DNA of 64,000 nucleotides from Candidatus Binatia bacterium (GTDB taxonomy: Bacteria; Desulfobacterota; Binatia; HRBIN30), in assembly GCA_038245295.1 (NCBI GenBank), contig JBBRSP010000001.1, positions 160,001 to 224,000 of the forward strand. The letters are read 5' to 3'. This document shows, one piece after another, positions 20,909 through 29,418 of the stretch (the stretch's first letter is position 1; each line of letters begins with the position of its first letter). The notes beneath the pieces are model-generated. The model made no database searches and had not been told where the DNA came from. It saw only the letters and a list, made by a program, of their open reading frames with translations. The position numbers and the translations under genes are program-made.

Positions 20909-21357
20909 GCCCCCAGCCTCCGCCGCGCTTCGGCCCGCAGGCTGGCGAGCTCGGCGTCGTCGATGTTGCGGACGACGTAACGATCCCCCGAGCTCAGGTT
21001 GGCGACGACATGTGCTTCGATGTCGACGCGCAGGCGGTCGCCGTGTTTGATGGCGCCGGTTTCCTCGATGATCAGCGCCGGCAGGCCAAGCTGCAGTGCC
21101 TGGCGCAGGAACTGCACGCCGAAGCTCCTGGCGATCACAGCGGCGATGTGGCGGGTGTTCAACGCGGCGATGGCGCGGCGCTGCTCGGCATCGGTGGCAA
21201 ACGAAAGTCCGGCCACCAGGAAGTCACCAACCGCGATATCGCTGGCGAACGAAGGCTGAAGAATCTCATCGCTGCCGATGTTGTCGCCGCAGCAACAGGC
21301 GCGACCATTCATTGCCAGCAGAGAGTCCTCGTCGGCGCGCAGATCTTCGTACTTCAT
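20905..21357 (-). CDS. LeuD/aconitase swivel-domain-like protein with degenerate motifs
   Basis: GDNIGSDEI, GDFLVAG, AVIARSF, GLP motifs; the GCGSSRE motif is absent. Confidence 0.7.
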   Translation of the reverse strand: MKYEDLRADEDSLLAMNGRACCCGDNIGSDEILQPSFASDIAVGDFLVAGLSFATDAEQRRAIAALNTRHIAAVIARSFGVQFLRQALQLGLPALIIEETGAIKHGDRLRVDIEAHVVANLSSGDRYVVRNIDDAELASLRAEARRRLGA

Positions 21358-21438
21358 CGCTGCTGCTGACTAGTTCAGGCGGCAGGCTGGGGACAAGGGG
21401 CGCGCGTCGCAGCAGGACGATTCGCGAATCGCGTCCAT

Positions 21439-21515
21439 CACGGCAGAGGCGCCGACAGCGCGGCGCTGCGAAAACCATTGACCGAGTTCTCTGCGACCTC
21501 GGCGTCTCTGCGGTG
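21439..21515. repeat. REP-like palindrome, same family as 8681-8760
   Basis: cacggcagaggcgccg pairs with cggcgtctctgcggtg. Confidence 0.65.
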
Positions 21516-21591
21516 CTCCCGCCCGCTGCCGCCGCGGTGCACCGAAGAATCGACGGATCGCGGCCGAGTCGCGTCGCAAAAAATTCTCGAC

Positions 21592-21612
21592 GATTATCGT
21601 ATTACGATAATC
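21592..21612. promoter_or_regulatory. Perfect 10-1-10 palindrome, probable transcription-factor operator
   Basis: GATTATCGTA-T-TACGATAATC in an AT-rich patch between divergent units. Confidence 0.65.
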
Positions 21613-21652
21613 TTTCTTCTGGCCACATTAAAAAAAACGTGATACGGGATTT

Positions 21653-22103
21653 CTCGATTGGTTCGAGGTCGACACAGGCCTCCTGGCCGCAGACAGCTTA
21701 ATGGTAGGCTGCCAGTGGTGAACCAAGCTGGATGCCGGCAGTCGGCGGCCGGTGTCTGGTGGTGGGTTGGGGCCCGCCCTCGGTTTCGGCGCCGAGAAAG
21801 GAGGTGGTCCAGCGATGATGATCCCTACGGCGAGCTGTGAGGTGGTGACCCCTTAGGTCAGTACATTGGGCGACGAGTTTCGCGCTCCATCGTGCCGGCA
21901 GGCGACCGCTGCCTTGCGGTTCCGGTCAACGCCTGTGCTGGTGACACGAGTGACGAATCCTCAGACGAGGTGAGAGAAATCCACTAACCGTCAATCGTAC
22001 CGATGTTTCGCCTGGGGAACCCAGGCGCCATCGCCCCCAGGAGCTTCCCGCGATATCGCCCGCGGGGCGGCCAAGCCGTAAACAGCTCCTGGGGATTTTT
22101 TAT
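21653..22103 (+). ncRNA. Candidate structured RNA carrying a 19-nt anti-16S-3'-end segment and a 13-codon mini-ORF
   Basis: No credible protein ORF; multiple hairpins; AGAAAGGAGGTGGTCCAGC at 21795-21813; ends in a stem plus T-tract. Confidence 0.5.
22035..22103 (+). terminator. Branched stem followed by a T-tract (intrinsic terminator-like)
   Basis: ccccaggagct (22035-45) pairs with agctcctgggg (22084-94), followed by attttttat. Confidence 0.6.
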
Positions 22104-22253
22104 CTCCGCCCGTGCCCCCGCCCATGCCCGCTCTCCCATCCGGCTCTGAGCAAAACCGAGCGGCTCGACGAACCTCCAAACGTCCGCCACATGGTCCCCA
22201 TGAATTGAACCAACGCGGGCGTCTGCTTATAAGGAGCGCCCCGGAGGAGAGTT

Positions 22254-23414
22254 ATGCCCAAAGCGTATGCCATTACCGCGGCGGCGATCGCCGCGGAGCG
22301 TAAGCGTGTAAATGACGACCTGGAAAAGGTCGACGTCTCGCGCATCATCCACTTGGACGACGTGCAATTGCGGCCGCTCGGTAAGAGCGACGTTCATATG
22401 CGTGTTCTGGCGGTATCCGCCGAGCACAATATCGAGCACGCGGCGCTGGCCGATACGGTGAACATCGCCGAAGCGCGCGGCGGCAAGATGTACCCGGGCA
22501 ACAGCGCCCTGGGCGAAGTGTTGGCGGTGGGTGAATCGGTCAAGCGCTTCAAGGCCGGCGACATTGTCATCACCCATTGCAACGGCGAGCCCGATCGTTT
22601 CGGTTACCCGATGCGCATTTGGGCCTACGACCAGCCCGACTCGATCGGCTGGTACGGCGAGGAGGCGGTTGTCGGTGACTGGCAACTCATCCCCGCGCCC
22701 CTGAAGTGCGGCCTGAACTTGTGGGAGATCGCCGCGCTGCCGCTACGCGCCCCGACGGCCTATCATCTGTGGCGCCGCGCCCACGGCATCTATCGGCTCA
22801 AGGTCTCGCTGGAGCGTCAGGCGCGTCTCAACGTGCTCGGTTTCGGCGGCGGCGTCTCGGAGCTCTTCCTGATGCTCGCCAAGGCCGAAGGCCACCAGGC
22901 GTTCTTTTGCTCGGGCAGCCCGGAGCGTCGCGATTTCCTGGCCAAGCAGGGCATCACGCCGATCGACCAGAAGAAGTTCAATCGCTTCGCCAAGAGCGAC
23001 GACGTGCGTGCCTTCAGCAAGGAGATCAAAAAGCTTACGAACGGCGAAGGCATGCACCTGGTGTGCGACATGTTGCGCGGGCCGGTGTTTGAGGCCGGCG
23101 TAACCGCCCTCGGCCGCCAGGGTGTCAACGTCAGCGCCGGTTGGCAGCTGGCGCGTGAGTGTACCTACAACTCGGCCGGCTTGTCGGTGAAGCAGATCAC
23201 CCTCGACCATACGCATTACGACACCGTCGATGGCGCCAACGCGTGCACCGATCTCTACGGTAACGTCTTCAAGCCGACGATCCATAAAGAGATCTACGCC
23301 TTCGCCGACCTGCCGCGCTGCTTCGACGAGATGCAGCGCAACACGCAGACCGGAATTCCGATCGTGCGCGTCGCCGAGCGTATGCCGGCGGCTGTCGAGG
23401 CGCTTTGTTCCTAG
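22254..23414 (+). CDS. Atypical MDR-superfamily oxidoreductase
   Basis: GEVLAVGESVKRFKAGD GroES-like segment; GFGGGVS nucleotide-binding loop; GGAGGAG RBS. Confidence 0.8.
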   Translation: MPKAYAITAAAIAAERKRVNDDLEKVDVSRIIHLDDVQLRPLGKSDVHMRVLAVSAEHNIEHAALADTVNIAEARGGKMYPGNSALGEVLAVGESVKRFKAGDIVITHCNGEPDRFGYPMRIWAYDQPDSIGWYGEEAVVGDWQLIPAPLKCGLNLWEIAALPLRAPTAYHLWRRAHGIYRLKVSLERQARLNVLGFGGGVSELFLMLAKAEGHQAFFCSGSPERRDFLAKQGITPIDQKKFNRFAKSDDVRAFSKEIKKLTNGEGMHLVCDMLRGPVFEAGVTALGRQGVNVSAGWQLARECTYNSAGLSVKQITLDHTHYDTVDGANACTDLYGNVFKPTIHKEIYAFADLPRCFDEMQRNTQTGIPIVRVAERMPAAVEALCS

Positions 23415-23539
23415 CGTGACGTGAGTCCCCGGAGCGGAAGTGCAAAGGGGGAGGGTGACGCAGCTTTTGCACGTACCTTGGCATTGGCACGCCGCTTCAG
23501 CCTGCGCCGTGCAGTGGCGAATAATTTATGCGCAAAGCA

Positions 23540-23593
23540 CCCTCACCCCAACCCTCTCCCAGGGTCGCACGCTCCGGGCGATGTGGGAGAGGG
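23540..23593. repeat. REP-like element CCCTCACCCCAACCCTCTCCC...GGGAGAGGG
   Basis: ccctctccca pairs with tgggagaggg. Confidence 0.7.
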
Positions 23594-23695
23594 ACTGTCA
23601 GCGCTTCACCGTGCCCCGTGGAAAACGAGCAAAATCAGCCCATCATTCGAATACATCGCGTTTCGAGTCGTCGGGAGGGCACCGTGCGGGGCAAG

Positions 23696-25060
23696 ATGAA
23701 GTCAATTCCGGGGCTATACCGGCAGCCGATGCTGCGCTTTGCTCGCCGTGGCGGCCAGGTTCTGCTGTTGGTGATGGCCGCCTCCATTTGCCTAAACCCT
23801 GCCTGGGCCGGAGATGCCCTGGCGCCGCAGGCCTACAACGATGACGCTATGCTGGCGCACCTTCTGTGGACCCATTCTACCGCCGTCTTGAATGCGCGGG
23901 CGGCTGCCGCCACCGCTGAAAGCGAGGCGTTGCGTGCCGGGCTGTATCCGAACCCGGAATTGGACACCGCCTGGTCCTCGATTCCCGTTGGTCGCAGCAA
24001 CCCGCCGGGCCTTTCTCACCCCTTGAGCAACGTACCCAATTACAGTGCCGCCCTGTCGGAATTGGTCGAGATCGGCAAACGTGGTCCGCGTCAGGCTGCC
24101 ACCAAAGCGGACGTCGAGCGCGCCGCTGCGGAAGCCCAGGCTGCACTCGGGGATCGCTTCTTTGCCCTGCTCGATCGTATCGGGGCGATGGCCTCGAGCC
24201 AACAGCGCGCCGGGGTTCTGGATGAGCAGGTGCGTGACAGTCAGGAGTTGCTGAACCTGTACCGCTTGCGGGCCAGCAAAGGCGAGATCGCCGTCCTCGA
24301 CGCCGACGTGGTCGAGGTCGAACACGCGCAGGCCATCGTGACACGCGATGCCGTCTTGAGCGAGTTGTCGGCGGCTCAGGCCGAGTGCGCCGGTATTCTG
24401 TCCCTGCCGTGTCCACTGTTTGCCTCGAGCGACTCGGCGCAAGCTTTCCTCGAATCGGCCGCTGCACCGACTCTGCCGACGCAGTGGTCGGAGGACGCCG
24501 AGCAACGGCGCCCTGACCTGGCGGCGCTGGCGGCGGCGACCAATGCTGCCGACCAACGACTGGTTCTGGCCAATCGAAAAATCATTCCTGACGTGACCGT
24601 GCGCCTGGGCTATACGTACGACGAGTTCATCGTTTCGGGAAATCAGCGCAACAGCTTGGCCGTCGGTCTACAGATCCCCTTGCCTGTGCTTGATCGTGGT
24701 CAGGCCGACAAAGCTGCGGCGGCGGCGGAAGCGGAGCGTAGTCGGCGAATTCGACAAGCAACGTTGGCGGTGGCGCCCGGTATTGTTGAGAACGCCGTGC
24801 GCCGACGCGAATTGCTGCGTCGCCGTTTGGAGCACCTCGATTCGGCGATCGAGAAGGCGCGGTCGGTGCGTGAGTCGCTGGCGGCGGCCTTACGCGCCGG
24901 CGGAACGTCCCTCATCGAAGTATTGGTGGCGCGGCGTTCGTATCAGGACCTGGTGCGCGAACGCGTCGACCTCGACGCCGAAGGATTCAATACGGCGCTG
25001 GCGGTACGCCAAGCCCTTGCTCTGTTTCCCCGCCCTGAAGGATCGGAAAACGACCTATGA
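23696..25060 (+). CDS. TolC/CzcC-family outer membrane factor (start uncertain: 23684, 23696 or later)
   Basis: YPNPEL, IGKRGPR, RRPDLAA, QIPLPVLDRGQ motifs. Confidence 0.9.
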   Translation: MKSIPGLYRQPMLRFARRGGQVLLLVMAASICLNPAWAGDALAPQAYNDDAMLAHLLWTHSTAVLNARAAAATAESEALRAGLYPNPELDTAWSSIPVGRSNPPGLSHPLSNVPNYSAALSELVEIGKRGPRQAATKADVERAAAEAQAALGDRFFALLDRIGAMASSQQRAGVLDEQVRDSQELLNLYRLRASKGEIAVLDADVVEVEHAQAIVTRDAVLSELSAAQAECAGILSLPCPLFASSDSAQAFLESAAAPTLPTQWSEDAEQRRPDLAALAAATNAADQRLVLANRKIIPDVTVRLGYTYDEFIVSGNQRNSLAVGLQIPLPVLDRGQADKAAAAAEAERSRRIRQATLAVAPGIVENAVRRRELLRRRLEHLDSAIEKARSVRESLAAALRAGGTSLIEVLVARRSYQDLVRERVDLDAEGFNTALAVRQALALFPRPEGSENDL

Positions 25061-26247
25061 GTGACTTGACTCTTGAACGCAGCAAACCCGGTCCGGCGGG
25101 CACAGCTTTCCCTGGCCGCGTCGTCGGAATGGTATTGGCGGCCGTCGTCGTCGCTGGTCTGGCCTTCTACTACTTGCAACCCCATCTGATCGAGCGTCCC
25201 GCCGAGCCTCCTTTCAAGGTGGAGGGGCAACACGTCGAGATTCAGAAGGACTCTCCCACCTGGGGTTACATCGAAGTCGGTGAAGCCAAACTCCAGGCCG
25301 CCTTGGCCGCCGAACCCGTCCCGGGGCGAGTCGCGTTTGACGAAGCCTTTGCCGTACCGATCGTGGCTCCGCTGGCCGGGCGCGTCGACACGGTGAGCGT
25401 CCGCATTGGCGATCCGATCGTCGCCGGGGCGCGGCTGCTCACGGTGCGCTCACCTGCGTTTGTTGATCTACGCCAGCAGATCGAAGTTCTGCGCGCCAGC
25501 GAGGCGGCGCGGCGCAAGACGCTGGAACGCGTGCGGTCTCTCGTCGAGCTCAAGGCCGCTCCTGAGAAGGATCAGTTGGCAGCCGAGTTGGAGCTCAATC
25601 AAGTTCGACTCGAGCGCGAAGGCGCTGAGCTCAAGTTGCGCAGCAGCCCGATCGAAGATGGCGGCAATGGTTCCTACTGGTTGGTGTCGCCCCGCGACGG
25701 TGCCGTGGTGGAACGCAAAGTCCTTGTGGGTGAGGAAGTTGGTCCCGAGCGTAGCGAGCCGCTGTTGGTCGTGGCGCAGCTCGACGAAGTGATCATCGCG
25801 GCCGACGTGCCGGAGCATGATGTCGCTTGGATCCACGTCGGTGACACGGCGCAGGTCTTCTCGCCGGCGACGCCGGAAGACACCATTCAGGGCAAGGTGG
25901 AATACGTCAGCGAAGTCGTCGATCCGGTGCGGCGCATGGTCAATGTCCGTGTCCGCGTCGCCAACCCAGGCCATCGTCTGCGGCCTAATGCGTATGTGCA
26001 AGCCTCATTTTCCCCGGGTGATCGTCAATCGTTGGTCGTGCCGGCGCAGGCCGTTGTGACCGACGATCAGCACGCCTTCGTTTTCGTCGAGGCGAGCAAC
26101 AATCCGCGCCGCCTGGAGCGTCGGATGGTGGCGGTCGGCCGCCAACGTGAAGGACAGGTTGAGATCGTTCAGGGGCTAAAACCGGGGGAGCGCATCGTCA
26201 CACAAGGCGCCATCCTTTTACTGAATGCGGTTAGCCTCGCTGAGTAG
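25057..26247 (+). CDS. RND efflux periplasmic adaptor (CzcB-like)
   Basis: N-terminal TM; SPRDGAVVE, VVDPVRRMV, GLKPGERIV motifs. Confidence 0.92.
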   Translation: MSDLTLERSKPGPAGTAFPGRVVGMVLAAVVVAGLAFYYLQPHLIERPAEPPFKVEGQHVEIQKDSPTWGYIEVGEAKLQAALAAEPVPGRVAFDEAFAVPIVAPLAGRVDTVSVRIGDPIVAGARLLTVRSPAFVDLRQQIEVLRASEAARRKTLERVRSLVELKAAPEKDQLAAELELNQVRLEREGAELKLRSSPIEDGGNGSYWLVSPRDGAVVERKVLVGEEVGPERSEPLLVVAQLDEVIIAADVPEHDVAWIHVGDTAQVFSPATPEDTIQGKVEYVSEVVDPVRRMVNVRVRVANPGHRLRPNAYVQASFSPGDRQSLVVPAQAVVTDDQHAFVFVEASNNPRRLERRMVAVGRQREGQVEIVQGLKPGERIVTQGAILLLNAVSLAE

Positions 26248-26253
26248 TGTTCG

Positions 26254-29200
26254 ATGGTCGAGCGGCTCGTCCAACTGGCGCTGCAGAATCGCACCGCGGT
26301 TCTGTTCTTCACGCTCGTCGTCATCATTGCGGGTGTGTTTGCCTTTCGCGGCCTGACGATTGAGGCGTTTCCCGATCCCACAGACACCCAGGTCAATGTC
26401 ATCACCCTGTTCGCCGGTCAGCCGGCCGAGGAAGTCGAGCGCCAGATCGGCTTGCCGCTCGAGCGTGCCTTGAATGGCACGCCCGGGCTGACGCGCCTGC
26501 GCAATCTGTCGCTGTTCGGGCTGTCGTACGTCACCCTGACCTTTGCCGATGGCGTCGAACCGTTATTCGCGCGCTCCCAGGTCCTCGAACGTCTACGCGA
26601 CGCCAGCTTGCCCCAGGATGTCGTGCCCGAGCTTGGTCCGATGGCGACGCCGATTGGGGAGATCTATCGCTACACGCTCGGTGGCGGTGGCGACGACCCG
26701 ATGCGGCTGCGAACGCTGCAAGAGTGGGTCGTCGGTCCGCGCTTGCGGCGCGCCGCCGGTGTTGCCGACGTCGTCAACTACGGTGGCCTGGTGCGTGAGG
26801 TGCACGTGCAACCGTCGCCGGCGCGGCTGGCCGCCTACGGGTTGACTCTCGAGGATCTCGAAACTGCTTTGAAGCGAGGCTCGTTCAACGCCAGCGGTGG
26901 CATCCTCGAACGCGGTTCCGAACATCTGGTGATCCGCAGCCAGGGCTTGTTTCGCAATCTCGACGACATCGGCGAGGTTCATGTCGCCACCCGCGATGGC
27001 ACCCCGGTGCGCATCCGCGACATTGCTTCGGTCAACGACGGCTGGGCCCAGCGCCAGGGCGTTGTCAGCCGCGGCCCGCAGAGCGACGTTGTCGAAGGTA
27101 TCGTCCTGATGCGTCGCGGCGAGAATCCGTCGGCGGTTCTCGATCGCGTGCGCGAGGCGGTAGAAGAGCTCAATACGCATATCTTGCCGGATGGGGTTCA
27201 GGTGCGGCCCTTCTATGATCGTACCGATCTGGTCAGCACGACGCTGCACACGGTCGGGCACAACCTGCTCGAAGGGGCGGTGTTGGTCGTTCTGGTGCTT
27301 TACGCTTTTTTGCTCGATCTGCCGGCGGCGCTGATCGTTGCGTCGTTGATTCCGTTGTCCCTGATGTCGGCGTTCATCTACCTCAAGATGCGTGGCATGA
27401 GCGCCAACCTCCTGAGCATGGGCGCCGTCGACTTCGGTATCATTGTCGACGGTGCCGTGGTGATCATCGAGAGCATCGTGCAGCGACTTGCCAGCCGCCA
27501 CGGCGAGGAGTCGGGCGGGCAAAGGGTTGCGCCCGACATCTTGCTCGCGCGCATTCGTCTGGCCGTCAACGATGTCGTACGACCCACCGTGTTCTCCCTG
27601 ATGATCATCATCGCCGCCTACCTGCCGATCTTCCTGCTGGAGCGCGTCGAGGGACGCATCTTCGCACCGATGTCGAACACCGTGGTGGCGGCGCTGATCG
27701 GTGCCTTGTTCTTTTCCGTCACGCTGGTGCCGATCCTGGCCGCGTTGGTGTATCGCCGGCCATTGAAACACCGGACCTCGCCGATCCTCGTCTTCGCGCA
27801 ACGACTGTATGATCCTTCGCTTGCCTGGGCCCTGCGCCGGCCTGTGTGGGTGCTCGGCGGTAGTGTCGTGGCGCTCGTCGGTGCGGTTGTCCTGCTCGGA
27901 ACACAAGGCTCGGAGTTTTTGCCCGAGCTGAACGAGGGGTCGCTCTATTTGACCTTCACCCTGCCGTCGAACATCAGCCTGAACGAGGGCCGCCGCCTGG
28001 TGCCGCAGATCACGCGCATCCTGCGCCAGTACCCGGAAGTCAAAGAGGTGTTGTCGCAGCTCGGTCGGCCGGAGGACGGCACAGATCCGACGTTGTCCAA
28101 CAACCTCGAGTATTTCGTTCGTCTCAATCCGCCGGAGGAGTGGCCGCCGAAACTGCGCACGCTGTCGGACGTGATCGAAGATCTCGACCGTGGCCTGCGT
28201 GAAATTCCCGGACTGGAGGTGAACTTTTCGCAACCGATCCGCGACAACGTCAATGAGAATATCTCGGGACAGTTTGGTCAGATCGCCCTCAAGATCTACG
28301 GCGACGATCTGAAGGTACTCCAGGATCTCGCCGAGAAGACCCAGGGCGTCGTGGCCGACGTCGCCGGCGTTGCCGACCTCGGCATCGTCAAGAGCAGCGA
28401 GATTCCGCAATTGCAGATCGAGCCAAACCGCGCCGCGCTTGGACGGTACGGTCTCGACATGGAGAGCTTCCAGCACGTCTTGCAGGCCGCGCTGGGGGGG
28501 CAACCGGTGGAAGTTCTGTGGTCGGGCGAGGCCCGCTTCGACATCGTCATGCGCTACCCGGCAACGGCGCGGGCCGACATCGAAAAGATCCGTAAGTTGC
28601 GGGTGCCGGTGCAAGGCGGAATCACCGTGCCGATGGAGACGTTGGCACAGATCGACGTCGGCCGCGGCCGCGCCGCCATCAGTCGCGAGAACGGCCATCG
28701 CTACGTCGGCATCCGTATGAACGTGCGTGGTCGCGACATGGGTTCGTTCGTCGATGAGGCACGCGCCAGCGTAGCCGCCAAGGTGCCGCTGCCGCAGGGC
28801 TTCTCTATGGAGTGGGGCGGCGAGTTCGAGAGTAAGGAACGCGCCATGCGACGTCTGACCCTGGTCGTGCCGCTGGCCCTGCTCATCACGCTGGCCCTGC
28901 TGTTCAATGCCTTCGGTAAGTTCGCGCCGGCGGTTCTGGTGCTGCTCAATGTGCCGTTTGCTCTCGTCGGCGGCGTGGCGGCGCTGGCCCTGGTGGGCAT
29001 GCCGCTGTCGGTGTCGGCGGCGGTCGGGTTCATCGCGCTGATCGGCCAGGCGTCGCTGAACGGCGTGCTCGTGCTGTCGGCCATCCTGGAACGCGAGGCA
29101 GAGGGCAAGCCGCTGCTGGAGGCGATTCGCCAGGGTTGTCGCGAGCGCCTGCGCCCGGTCTTGATGACCGCCGTTCTTGCGGCGCTCGGTCTGGTGCCGG

Positions 29201-29412
29201 CGGCCATGAGCCGCGCCATCGGCAGCGAGGTGCAACGGCCGATCGCCGTGGTGATCGTCGGTGGGACGGTGAGCGCGTGTTTGCTGACTCTGTTGGTGTT
29301 GCCGGCAATGTACCGTCTGTGGAGCGAAACGCGCGATCGTTTTTTTACGGGTTTCAATTTCAGTGACTGGCGCCTGGGTGGGGAAGGAGCAGGGCCTGAC
29401 GTCACGGCGTAG
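26254..29412 (+). CDS. CusA/CzcA-family HME-RND transporter, copy 1
   Basis: IEAFPD, GAVDFGIIVDGAVVIIE, RLRPVLMTA motifs. Confidence 0.96.
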   Translation: MVERLVQLALQNRTAVLFFTLVVIIAGVFAFRGLTIEAFPDPTDTQVNVITLFAGQPAEEVERQIGLPLERALNGTPGLTRLRNLSLFGLSYVTLTFADGVEPLFARSQVLERLRDASLPQDVVPELGPMATPIGEIYRYTLGGGGDDPMRLRTLQEWVVGPRLRRAAGVADVVNYGGLVREVHVQPSPARLAAYGLTLEDLETALKRGSFNASGGILERGSEHLVIRSQGLFRNLDDIGEVHVATRDGTPVRIRDIASVNDGWAQRQGVVSRGPQSDVVEGIVLMRRGENPSAVLDRVREAVEELNTHILPDGVQVRPFYDRTDLVSTTLHTVGHNLLEGAVLVVLVLYAFLLDLPAALIVASLIPLSLMSAFIYLKMRGMSANLLSMGAVDFGIIVDGAVVIIESIVQRLASRHGEESGGQRVAPDILLARIRLAVNDVVRPTVFSLMIIIAAYLPIFLLERVEGRIFAPMSNTVVAALIGALFFSVTLVPILAALVYRRPLKHRTSPILVFAQRLYDPSLAWALRRPVWVLGGSVVALVGAVVLLGTQGSEFLPELNEGSLYLTFTLPSNISLNEGRRLVPQITRILRQYPEVKEVLSQLGRPEDGTDPTLSNNLEYFVRLNPPEEWPPKLRTLSDVIEDLDRGLREIPGLEVNFSQPIRDNVNENISGQFGQIALKIYGDDLKVLQDLAEKTQGVVADVAGVADLGIVKSSEIPQLQIEPNRAALGRYGLDMESFQHVLQAALGGQPVEVLWSGEARFDIVMRYPATARADIEKIRKLRVPVQGGITVPMETLAQIDVGRGRAAISRENGHRYVGIRMNVRGRDMGSFVDEARASVAAKVPLPQGFSMEWGGEFESKERAMRRLTLVVPLALLITLALLFNAFGKFAPAVLVLLNVPFALVGGVAALALVGMPLSVSAAVGFIALIGQASLNGVLVLSAILEREAEGKPLLEAIRQGCRERLRPVLMTAVLAALGLVPAAMSRAIGSEVQRPIAVVIVGGTVSACLLTLLVLPAMYRLWSETRDRFFTGFNFSDWRLGGEGAGPDVTA

Positions 29413-29418
29413 GGAGTC

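Noticed and set aside
21795..21813. 16S rRNA gene fragment on the minus strand
   Set aside because: Similarity is limited to about 19 nt, the flanks are not rRNA-like, and an ATG follows on the plus strand
21653..22103. tmRNA, RNase P, SRP or 6S identity
   Set aside because: No tRNA-like ends or CCA, no GAGGAAAGUC P4 motif and no SRP loop motif were recognised
23485..23500. Sigma-54 promoter for the RND operon (TGGCAC-N5-TTCA)
   Set aside because: The essential -12 GC is absent
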